Below are positions 12,288 through 23,700 of a stretch of 64,000 nucleotides of DNA, piece after piece. The notes under the pieces were generated by a model. It ran no database searches and had not been told where the DNA came from. It saw nothing but the letters and a program-made list of their open reading frames with translations. The stretch's first letter is position 1, and each line of letters opens with the position of its first letter. The DNA is taken from assembly GCA_004431415.1 (NCBI GenBank), contig QPMI01000062.1:530339-594338 (forward strand). Reading direction: 5' to 3'. The stretch comes from Cyanophora paradoxa CCMP329 (Eukaryota > Plantae > Glaucophyta). Position numbers and translations under genes: made by a program.

Positions 12288-15200
12288 AGCGACTCCGCCA
12301 CCACGTTCGCCGTCAGCGCCTGCCCCGCCCCCGGCTCGGCTCGACCTGAGGGAGCGGCGCCGGCCGCAGCGCCGGCGGGCGCACGACGATGGCGGAGGGC
12401 GGGCCCCCGTCTCCCCCGCCGCCTCCTGCCCCGCCCGTCAGCGCGCCTGGCGCGGGGCGGGGCAGGCGGGGCGGGGCGGGGCGGGGCGGGCCAGGCGGCG
12501 GATCTCGCGGGTGGCCCCGTCCCGTCCAGCACCGGCATCTGCCCCCGGCCGGCGGCGTCACGGGGGCGGGGGTACAGGCGCGCGGGCCTCGGGCGGGGGT
12601 ACGCGCCTCCATGTCCATGAAGACGACTCTGTACGGGGCGTCGCCCCGCGCCGCCCTGCGCCCCCGTGAGCCGAAGCGGCGGGGGCCAAAGCTACAGACG
12701 AGGTGTACCGGGCGCGGACGCGATCGAGGGCCTCGGCGCCGTGGGCGGCCTCGTCGCACGCGAGGCCGCCCTTCTTCAGCAGCGACGCGCACACCTTCCG
12801 GCTGCCCGCGAGGTGAGGGCCGGCCGGCGGGCGGGAGGCACTGGACCCGAGGGGCGGGGCGGGGCGGGGCGGGGCGGGGCACTTGAGGTCCACGTCGTCG
12901 ACGACCCTGCGCCGGCGCGTCGGCTAAGGCGGCGGCGGCGGCGGGGAGCGGGGGGCCGGCGCACAGGATCCCCGGCTGCTCGGCCGGCCGCTCCGCCGCC
13001 TCCGGGGCCCCCGGCGGGGCCCGCAGGTCGGAGGCCGCCGCCCCCGCGCGCCCCTCCGGGGCCGGCGCCTTGCGATCAGGAGGGGCCGGCGGGGGCGGCT
13101 CCGGCTCGGGCGCAGCCGCCGGCAGCTCGGGCTCCGGCTTCGGCTCCGCCGTGCCGGGAGTGGAGGGCACGGCGGCCTCCCGCGGGGCCCGGGCGGGGGC
13201 GGCGGGCTCGAGGGGGCCGCCGCGGGCGGCCGGGCGTCCGGCCGCACCTCGATCACCGCCGCCTCCGCCTCCGCCCCCGGGGCGCCCTCGTGCACGGTCC
13301 CGAGGCCGCCGCCCGCCCCGTCCGCCGCCGATGGCGTCTCGGCCTCGGCCCCCACCTTCGCCTCGGTCTCGACTTCTTCCTTCACCTCGAGCTCCGCCTC
13401 GGCAGGAGCGGTGGCGGGGGCGGCGGCGAGGGCCTCGAGGGCGCGCTGGAGCGTCTTCACGAACTTGTGGTACCGCACCTGCCGCGCGGGAGAGCCGCCG
13501 CTCAGCTTGCCGCGGCCGGCGCCGCGCGGGGCGGAGCAGCGCGCACGGGCTTCACGAGGGGCAGCTTGGAGACGAGGGCGGGGCCGGCCTCGCCCTCTGG
13601 CGGCGGCGAGGCGCGCTCCGGCACAGCCTCGCTCGCGCACGCGCAGACCGAGGGCTGCCGCGAAGACGAGCGCTGCCGGTGCGCGCGCGCGGAGCGCGGG
13701 ATGGGCGGCTCCAGGCACACCAGCGAGGCGGCGGCCGAGGCGGCGGCGGCGGCCGCGGGGCGGCACGGGACCGACTCGTCGAGCACGAGGAGGGCGCGGG
13801 GCGGGCGCGGGGCCGCCGGGTCGGGCGGCGGCTCGTCGGGCGGCGGGCGCCGGAGGCGGGGCGGGGCCAGCCGGCGGAGCGCGCGTACTCGAGGACGATG
13901 GCGGCGACCTCGGGGTCTGGGTGGACGACCCAGAGCAGGGGGTACTCGGCGAGGCCGGCGGGAGGGCGAGGCGGGGCGGGTAGAGCGGCGGCGGCTCGTG
14001 CAGGTGCCGCCGCGGGGCAGCGTGGCGAGCGACGGCGCGTCCTCCAGCCGCGCCGCCGCCGGCCCCGGCGCCACCTCCTCGTCCTCCGCCTCAGCCTCGT
14101 CCCCGCCGAATCCGCCGGGCTGGGCGGGCGGCCCGCCGCATTCGCCGACCAGCGGGAGCGGCACCTGCGGGCCCGGGCGTCAGGGCGCGGGCTGGCGTGC
14201 GGGGCGGGCGGGCCGGCGGGCAGGCCTCGACGGTGAAGGTGGAGCCGACGCCGGGGGCCGACTCGACGGAGACGGTGCCGCCCATCAGCTCCGCCAGGCG
14301 CTTCACGATCGGCAGGCCCATCCCCGTGCCCCCGTACAGCCGCGTCACGCTCTGGTCCGCCTGCGCCACCGCGTCAGGGGCCGGGGCCGAGGGAAGGGCG
14401 TGAGGGTACGCGAGCGCGCCTGGGCGTAGTCCTGGAAGATGCGGTCGATGCCGGCCGGGTCGATCCCCAGCCCCGTGTCCTTCACCTGCCAGCGCGCCTC
14501 GGGCGAGACGGGGGGCGGGAAGGCAGACAAAAGGGGGCACGTCGATGTGGAGGCGCGTATGGACGCGGACGAGAGCGGTGGCGGGCCCCGCGGGGAGCAC
14601 CTCGCAGGCCACGATCACGTGGCCCTTGCGCGTGAACTGCGCCGCCTGAGGGGTCCAGGCGCCGGCGGGAGGGGTACAGCGGGAGGCGCGCCTTGATCCC
14701 GTTGTACGCGAGGTTCATGATGATCTGGCGGGGGGTCGGTGGGGTGGGGCGGGGCGGGACGGACGAGGCAAAACCGGCACCTGCCTGCGGCCGGAGTCAG
14801 GCGGGGCGTGAGACAGGGGCGGGGAGGGAACGGCTTACTTGAGGCGGCAGGGGTCGCCGACGAGGCGCGGGCAGCGCTCGCATTCCCTCGGGGGCGGGAT
14901 GAACGACGCCAGCTCGATGCCCTGCGCGGGCGGACGCGCGGTGAGGCGGGGGCGGAGCGCCGGGCGGCTTTGAGGGACGGGCGGGGGGACCTTGGAGAAG
15001 GCGGTGGGGGCCACGACCTGCCGGCGCCGGCGTGCACGTGAGGGAGGCGGCGGGAGGTGGGCGGCGAGCGGCGGGCGTCGGGCGGCGGGCGGCGGGAGGT
15101 GGAGGCGGGTTTTGGGGGTACACCGCGCCTCGATGAGCTCCTCGACGACAGGGCGGAGGTCGAAAGGAACGGCTTCGAGCTCGACCTTGCCTGCCTCGAT

Positions 15201-18200
15201 CTTGTGCAGGTCCAGCAGGTCTGGCGGGCACGCGCGGTGAGGAGGGGAGGGAAGGGAGGAGGGGGGCAGAGGCGCGCCGTTGACGATGACGAGCATCTGG
15301 GCGGGGCGGGGCGGAGCGGGCGGTCGGAGACCGGCGGGCGGGCGGGGGCGGCCCTGCCCGGACGGACCTGCTCAGAGCAGGTGTGGATGGCGTGGCTGAG
15401 CTCGCGCTGCTCCTCGTCCAGCGCCGTCTCCCCCAGCAGCTCCCCCAGCCCCAGCACCCCGTTCTGCCCGCAGCCGCGAGCTCAGACGGGGCGGGACGCG
15501 TCGCTTCGATTCAAGGGAGGAGGAAGGGGCACCAGGGGCGTGCGCAGCTCGTGGATGGTGTACGCCTGCGCACGAGGGCCCCGGAGCGTCGGCGGGACGA
15601 GGGGCGGGGCGGGCGGCGAGGAAGCGGCGATACTAAAGATGCTTCAGCAGCTGAAGGCGCACGAGGAACCTGCTCTTGGTCTCGTTGATCGCCTCCGCCT
15701 CGATGCGCCGCCGCTTCTCCGTGATGTCCTGGCAGACGAAGTGAGGCGCGGGAGGGAGGGGCAGGCCGGAGAGGCCGCTGGGGCGCCGGGCGCCTGCCCG
15801 ATGGCGACGGCGCCGATGACGGCGCCGCGGGCGTCGCGGCGCGGCGTGGCGGAGAGGAGCAGGCGGAGGTCGTCGCTGGTCGGGGGCACGCGGAGGCAGA
15901 GCTCGGCGGGGGCCGCCCCCGCCGCCTCCTCGCCCCCCCGCAGCGCGCGCGAGAAGAGCGCCTCGGCGGCCGCCCGGTCCTCGGGGGCCACCAGCTCGAG
16001 GAGCCCTCGCCCGAGCATCCGCCCTGCGGCCCGCCCCGCATCGGACCAGGGAGGGAGCGCAAGCGGGAGGGGAGGAGCGCTCGCCCTCGGGGATGCCGGT
16101 GAGGCGGGCGGCGGCCCAGTTCCAGCCGGCCACGCGCAACTCCAGGTCCACGATGAAGATCGGCGCCCCCGCTGTGCCGCCGCCGCCTCAGAGGCGGCGG
16201 GGCAGGGGCGGGGGCGGGCGCGCCGGTCTCGAGGATGCGCTTCATGTCCTCGCTGGCGACGCGCGCCCGCCGCTCGCTCTCCACCAGCGCCCGCTCCATC
16301 GTCTGCGCCCCCGCCGCGTCGGACCGGGCGGCCACGAAAGGGGCCGGGCCAGGCTGGGGCCGCGCGCCTTGCGCTGGGAGATGTCCCGCACGACCAGCAC
16401 GAGCTGCGCGGCCGGACGGGCTCAGAGCCGGCGGGTGGGGCGGCGCGGCGCAGGGGGCGGAGCGCGCCAGCGAGCTCGCTTCGCCGTCGTACTGCATGCG
16501 CCCGACGGAGATCTCGACGGGGAAGCGCCGAGCCGCGTCGGCCGGGGCCGAGACGGCCGGCGGCGCGCGCAGCGCCTCCGCCTCGAGCACGGAGAGGCCC
16601 CCGCGGCCGGCCGCCGCCAAGAACGACGACATGGCCGTCGTGTACTGCGGGCGCGGTGGGCGAGCCGGTGACGAGCGCGGGGCGGGGCGGGGCACCTCGG
16701 GGGCGAAGTACTCGAGGACGGAGGCGGGGGCGCCGGCGCCGGGCCCCTCCCGCTCGCCGGCGCCGGGCGCGGGGTTGATCTCGCTTGGCCCAGTGCGGAA
16801 CATCGCGCGCGCGCTCTCGTTCATGTGCGCCACCGACCCGTCGGGCCGCACGACGAGCAGTGCGTCCGAGATGCCGCCCATGATCTGAGCAGGGGCCGGC
16901 GTGAGCTCGAGGGGCCGGCGGGGCGGGCGGGGCGGGGCGGGCCCGGATGGCGTGCTTCATCTTGGCGAAGGCCTCGCCCACCTGCGAGGCCGGCCGCCAG
17001 CCGCCGTGAGCGCCGCGTCTCGGGCCGCGAGGGGCGCCGGGCGGACGTCACCTGGTCCAGCTCTCGGATCGAGGACGTCGGCCGCGCGCTGCTCTCTACC
17101 TCCGCTTTCGGCGGCGGCGCCGAGGGCGCAGGTGCAGGTGAAATAGCGATCGGCAGGGCGGGCAGCGAGGGGCGCCGGACGGAGGGCGGCAGGTCGGCGG
17201 AGGTGGCGAGCAGGACGGTGGGGGCGTCGGCGCCGGCGGGCTCGGGCGCCCGGGGGTATGTGGCCGGGGAGGAGGGGGGGGCTTCGGAAAGCGGCCGACC
17301 GTGGCGAGCAAGGCCCGACCCGCGGCGGCTGAGCTGCGGTCCCGCGGGGGCGGCGCCTGCGCCGCGGCTGGGGGTCATGGCCATGGGTGCTCCGCCCCCA
17401 CCCGAGGGGCCGGGGCGCGATCTGCGGCAAGCCGGTGAGCGACGGCCGCGGCGGCATTCGGAGGCGCGCGGGAGGGGCGGGTCGCACGGCTTAGGGGGCG
17501 GCCGCGGGCCGTGGGAGTCCGAGAGGTCGAAGAAGGAGATGTGGTCGAGCTCGTCCCGGAACCGCTGCATGGCCCGCCACACCTGCCGCCGGCCCCGCAC
17601 CGGAGTAAATGAGCCGCTCCAGCCCCGCGGGGCGCGAGGCACGGAGCGCGGGGCCGGGGCCGGGGCTGTCGCGGGCACCTCGAATATGACGAAGGCGCTG
17701 AGGAGGAGGGCCAACGCGCAGGAGACGCCCGACACGATCGCGTTCGCCACCGTCAGCCGCCGCACGTTCCCCGTGATGTCTGCCCCGCCCCCGTCAAGCT
17801 GGAGATCTCAGCGCCGAAGAGCGAGAAGCCCAAGGGGGCGCGCCGCTCTCGGGGGCGGCGACGGCGACGAGGAGGCTCAAGGCGAGGGTGTCGTTGAAGG
17901 TGCCCAGGACCTTGAGCCAGCGGCCCACGAAGTCGTCCTTCCCCACCTTGAAGCTCAGCGCCTGCGCGCCGGGCGGAAAGGAATTAGAACTAGATCGAGC
18001 GGGGCTGGGCCAGGCGCACGTGCTCCTCGTCGATCTCGTCGTAGGCGGCGGGGTCGAGGCTGGCGTTGCCGTGGAGCGCGTGCACGTCCCCGGGCAGCGC
18101 GAGGAGGAGCGCGCGGAGCTCAGGGTCCGCCAGCTCCGGCGTCGGCACGAACTCGTTGCTCGTCCCCTGCTCCAGCACCAGCGGACCCCGCCGCATCAGG

Positions 18201-19870
18201 ATCTCCGGGTTCTGCCGAGAGTGTCGGCTGAACGCGCGGGCGCGCGAGTTCCGCGGGCCGGCCCGTCGCGCACACGCCAGCCGATGGCGCGGCGGGCCCC
18301 CGTGTTGTCGTCGGCCACGATCGCCGTGAAGCCTGCGAAGGAGGGCGCTAACGAGGCCGGAGGGGCCCCGGAGCAGGGCGCCGGCGGACCGTTCTCGGCG
18401 ACCCGCACGGAGGAGAGGTATTCGGAGATGCCGAAGGACTGGAACCCGATCGTAACCTGCGCCAGCCCGCCCGCCGCCCGCGGTCGCCATCAGGATAGTC
18501 TGCCTTCGATCGGGGCGCGGCGCTCGGGCGCGCCACGGCCTTGAGGCCCTCGCTGCCGTTCGTGACGGCGGGCCGCGGGCGGTCTGGGGGCGAAACCGCG
18601 CTCCGGGTGACCGAGGGGGAGGGCCTGCCGCCGTGACTGTAGATCGGCGTGGCGTAGATGAAGCCGCTGCGGCCAAAGACGAAGGGGATGGCGGGGGTCC
18701 AGATGGGCGCCCCGCTGGCGACGGCGCTCTTGTAGAAGGGGCGCGTCCTGAAGTCGTACGAGTCGTTGCGCACGACGTCGAAGGCGGAAAGCTCGCCCGT
18801 CGCCCGGTCCACGTACGACGTGAAACGGTCCACGACCTGCACCCGCCGCCACAGAGCGTCGGGGAACAAGGTCGCGAGGGCGGCACTGGTGGCGGCTGTA
18901 GAGCTGGGCGCGCGTGCCTGGGAGCCGGCGGCGGCGGACGCCGTGGCGTTGATGCGGTACTCGATGACGCTGTGCGCAACAAAGCGTCATGATCAGCGCC
19001 AGCTGCAGGGGCCGGCCGTCGGGCCGGCCGCACCTGGTCGGGAGGAGGGCTTCTGGGTGTTTCCTCACGAACTCCGGCGCCTCGCGCTTCACCAGCATAG
19101 ACTCGCGATTCGGGAGCCCCACGCTGTAGTATTCGAAAGTTTCGTAGCCAGGGACAAGTAGTTCGGATATGTAGATCGCCGCTATCTCGGGAAAGTTTGC
19201 TGACGTGATGGTCTCCTCGTCGCCGACTGTGGCGCGAACGGAATTGCTTGCCCTTCGCACCGGCCGCGGGGTCGTCAGTGAGGGCCGGGCGCGGACCGCG
19301 GTGGCGCGGGGCTCAATCGCTGCGCTCACCGCGCGGCAGCGCGTTCCGTTCTGTTGATTAACGACCCGACATGCTCCTGCAGACGGTACCCGATCTGGTC
19401 GAGAAAGTAGGAGGACAGGCGCTCGGCGCTTCGTTCGGCGTAGTGGTTCGAGACGACCGTAATGATCTGCGCGGAAACGATCGGACATCATGCCGGGGTG
19501 ATGGAACAAGCCAGGATGATGGGACACGGACAAAAGCGCGCAAGATCCCGTGCGCGCGGGACTCCGGACGCGGAAAGAAGTGCCTAGGAACACAATATAG
19601 AGGCATTGCACAGCTGCGGGCGAGCGAGCGCGCGAGCGCCCAAGCTGCAGGCGCCCAGAGCACGCGCACCACAGTCGAAGAGATAAGCAAGAAGAGGAGA
19701 GCTGCGCACACAAAGGAAGCTTCAGGCACAAGCACGGCGGTACGCGTACGACCTAGCGCGTACACGGACGCGTAAAGCGAAGGGGACATTGACGCACCGG
19801 GGAAGATGACGGAGACCAAGCCAACGCGTACTTTCGTGCCCCGCAGACGCTGCAGGAAGGCTCGCATCAT
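12102..19870 (-). CDS. Membrane hybrid histidine kinase, copy 1 (TM-Cache-TM-HAMP-PAS-PAS-HisKA-HATPase-degenerate REC-REC)
   Basis: H box HELRTPLNGVLG; N box [10 protein letters not shown]; G1 VKDTGLGI; G2 [11 protein letters not shown]; receiver VVDD..FMDMEMPVLDG..ALTAN..AKP; Cache-like [13 protein letters not shown]; two hydrophobic segments. Confidence 0.92.
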
Positions 19871-20709
19871 TCCGAATGCACTCCCGGGCTGCAATGCGTT
19901 CCGAAATATTCGTATCCCGGAGTTCGATTGACGTACCCGTACCCCCAGAATTTGATCCAAGCGCTAGCCAAGCGATGCAAATGTGAGCTCGATGCAATGC
20001 ATAGCGCTAACAAATGGCACGAAAGCAAAGCATGCGCAAAGCTCGCGCATGCCTGTAAATTGAATGAGACAGTACAGTGCCGTGGAGGGACGGGCGCGTA
20101 CGCGTGGCTTGCTGTGTCAGAAGAGCCTAGTTTACGGTGCGGCTAGGCGTGGCCATGCGTGCTGTGCAGTTCTAGCAGGCTGGCGGCGAGAGCGAGCAGA
20201 GCTGGTACTTCCAGGAGCAAGCACAAGTGCCGGGTACAAGTGTGTCACCCGAGGTGTGTGCCCGGGAGGGGTACATGAAAAGTATTGGGGGTCCAATCGG
20301 CGCACTCAATACGAGCGCTGCGGAGACTAGGCCAAGCACTACGAGTAACGCGACTCGGGGTGCCGGCTCCTGACGGCATAAATTTTTTTTTGGTGAATTA
20401 CCGGCCACAGTCTCTAGACACCAGCACTGCGGGGGCTGCCCAGGGGGCATAAAGACAAAAAAGCAAAATAACTAAGACAAGAGCACGAAGAAAGATAAGA
20501 CAAAGAGCCAAAATCGACAATAAAAAAGGAAAGACACAGAGCTCGAAACAGATCGATAGCGAGAAGAGACGATAAATCGAGCAGATCTAGGGACAGAGGA
20601 GAACTGACACGACGGCATAAAGCCGTGAGGCAATATGTGTCTTAATTAATATATATATTGCTTAAGTTGATATCTGGCCTGCGCGCGCATGCAGATAGGC
20701 GCCCCGGCA

Positions 20710-23700
20710 CTACGGCGGCCGCGGGGCCCCTGCGCCGGGCTTGGGCCGGCGCCAGGCGGAGAAGCGCTCGACGGTGCCGAGCACGTCGTCCTTCCGCACC
20801 GGCCTGCAGGGCGGGGCGGGTCAGGTCAGAGCGGGCCGCGGGGCGGGGCGGGGCGGCGCGCTTGGCGAGGAGGGCATCCATGCCGGCGTCGAGGCAGCGC
20901 TGCAGCGACTCCGCCACCACGTTCGCCGTCAGCGCCTGACCCGCCCCCGCCTCGACCCGAGTGAGCGGCGCGGCACGCGGCGGGCGCGGGCGCACGACGA
21001 TGGCGGAGGGCGGGCCCCCCGTCTCCCCCGCCGCCTCCTGCCCCGCCCGTCAGCGCGCCTGGTGCGGGGCGGGGCGGGGCGGGGCGGGGCGGGCCAGGCG
21101 GCGGATCTCGCGGGTGGCCCCCGTCCCGTCCAGCACCGGCATCTGCCCCCGGCCGGCGGCGTCACGGGGGCGGGGGTACAGGCGCGCGGGCCTCGGGCGG
21201 GGGTACGCGCCTCCATGTCCATGAAGACGACTCTGTACGGGGCGTCGCCCCGCGCCGCCCTGCGCCCCCGTGAGCCGAAGCGGCGGGGGCCAAAGCTACA
21301 GACGAGGTGTACCGGGCGCGGACGCGATCGAGGGCCTCGGCGCCGTGGGCGGCCTCGTCGCACGCGAGGCCGCCCTTCTTCAGCAGCGACGCGCACACCT
21401 TCCGGCTGCCCGCGAGGTGAGGGCCGGCCGGCGGGCGGGAGGCACTGGACCCGAGGGGCGGGGCGGGGCGGGGCGGGGCGGGGCACTTGAGGTCCACGTC
21501 GTCGACGACCCTGCGCCGGCGCGTCGGCTAAGGCGGCGGCGGCGGCGGGGAGCGGGGGGCCGGCGCACAGGATCCCCGGCTGCTCGGCCGGCCGCTCCGC
21601 CGCCTCCGGGGCCCCGGCGGGGCCCGCAGGTCGGAGGCCGCCGCCCCGCGCGCCCCTCCGGGCCGGCGCCTTGCGATCGGGAGGGGCCGGCGGGGCGGCG
21701 CCGGCTCGGGCGCCGCCGCGGGCAGCTCGGGCCGGGCGGCGGCTCCGGCGCGCGCTCCCCTCCGGGTACGGCGGCCTCCCGCGGGCCCGGGCGGGGGCGG
21801 CGGGCTCGAGGGGGCCGCCGCGGGCGGCCGGGCGTCCGGCCGCACCTCGATCACCGCCGCCTCCGCCTCCGCCCCCGGGGCGCCCTCTTGCACGGTCCCA
21901 AGCCCGTCCTCCGCCCCGGCCGCTGCCGGAGGCGCCTCGGCCTCCGCCCCCACCTTTGCCTCGGCTTCCGGCCCGGCCTTCGCCTCCGCCTCGGCCTCGG
22001 CGTCGGCGTCGGCGGCGGGGGCGACGGATTCGGCGGCAGCGAGGGCCTCGAGGGCGCGCTGGAGCGTCTTCACGAACTTGTGGTACCGCACCTGCGCACC
22101 GCCCGACAGTCAGCTTGGACCGGCCGGCAGCGGGGCGGAGCAGCGCGCACGGGCTTCACGAGGGGCAGCTCGGAGACGAGGGCGGGGCCGGCCTCGCCCC
22201 GGGGCGGCGCCAGGGTGCACTCCGGCGGGGCCTCGCTCGCGCACGCGCGGACCGAGGGCCGCCGCGAGGTCGAGCGCCGGCGGTGCGCGCGCGCGGAGCG
22301 CGGGATGGGCGGCTCCAGGCACACCAGCGAGGCGGCGGCCGAGGCGGCGGCGGCGGCGACGGGGCGGCACGGGACCGACTCGTCGAGCACGAGGAGGGCG
22401 CGGGGCGGGCGCGGGGCCGCCGGGTCGGGCGGCGGCTCGTCGGGGCGGCGGGCGCCGGAGGCGGGGCGGGGCCAGCCGGCGGAGCGCGCGTACTCGAGGA
22501 CGATGGCGGCGACCTCGGAGTCCGGATGGACGACCCAGAGCGGGGGGTACTCGGCGAGGCCGGCGGGGAGGGCGAGGCGGGGCGGGTAGAGCGGCGGCTG
22601 CTCGTTCGTGTGGCGGCGCGGGGGCAGCGTGGCGAGCGACGGCGCGTCCTCCAGCCGCGCCGCCGCCGGCCCCGGCGCCACCTCCTCGTCCTCGGCCTCA
22701 GCCTCGTTTCCGCCGGGGCCGCCGGGCTGGCTGGGCGGCCCGCCGCATTCGTCGACCAGCGGGAGCGGCACCTGCGGGCCCGGGCGTCAGGGCGCGGGCT
22801 GGCGTGCGGGGCGGGGCGGGCCGGCGGGCGGGCCTCGACGGTGAAGGTGGAGCCGACGCCGGGGGCCGACTCGACGGAGACGGTGCCGCCCATCAACTCC
22901 GCCATGCGCTTCACGATCGGCAGGCCCATCCCCGTGCCCCCGTACAGCCGCGTCACGCTCTGGTCCGCCTGCGCCACCGCGTCAGGGGCCGGGGCCGAGG
23001 GAAGGGCGTGAGGGTACGCGGAGCGCGCCTGGGCGTAGTCCTGGAAGATGCGGTCGATGCCGGCGGGGTCGATCCCGAGCCCCGTGTCCTTCACCTGCCA
23101 GCGCGCCTCGGGCGAGGCGGGGGAATGGTAGGCGGGCGGGTGGGGCACGTCGATGTGGAGGCGCGTGTGGACGCGGACGACTGCGGCAGCGGGCCCCGCG
23201 GGGAGCACCTCGCAGGCCACGATCACGTGGCCCTTGCGCGTGAACTGCGCCGGCTAAGGGGCGCGGGCGGCGGTGGGAGGGGTACAACGGGAGGCGCGCC
23301 TTGATCCCGTTGTACGCGAGGTTCATGATGATCTGGCGGGGGGTCGGCGGGGCGAGGCGGGGCGGGACGGACGAGGCAAAACCGGCACCTGCCTGCGGCC
23401 GGAGTCAGGCGGGGCGTGAGACAGGGGGCGCGGAGGGGGCGGGCTCACTTGAGGCGGCAGGGGTCGCCGACGAGGCGCGGGCAGCGCTCGCCCGCGCTCG
23501 GAGGCGGGATAAACGACGCCATCTCGATGCCCTGCAGGGGCGGATCCGGACGAGCGGTGAGGCGGGGGCGAAGCGGCGGGCGGCTTTGAGGGACGGGCGG
23601 GGGGACCTTGGAGAAGGCGGTCGGGGCGACGACCTGCCGGCGCCGGCGTGCACGTGAAGAAGGCGGCGGGAGGCGGGTTTTGGGGGTACACCGCGCCTCG

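Noticed and set aside
21600-21790. Kinase copy 2 (and copy 1 near 12515) as pseudogenes
   Set aside because: The indels are single-base losses in G/C homopolymers, typical of long-read errors; catalytic motifs are intact.
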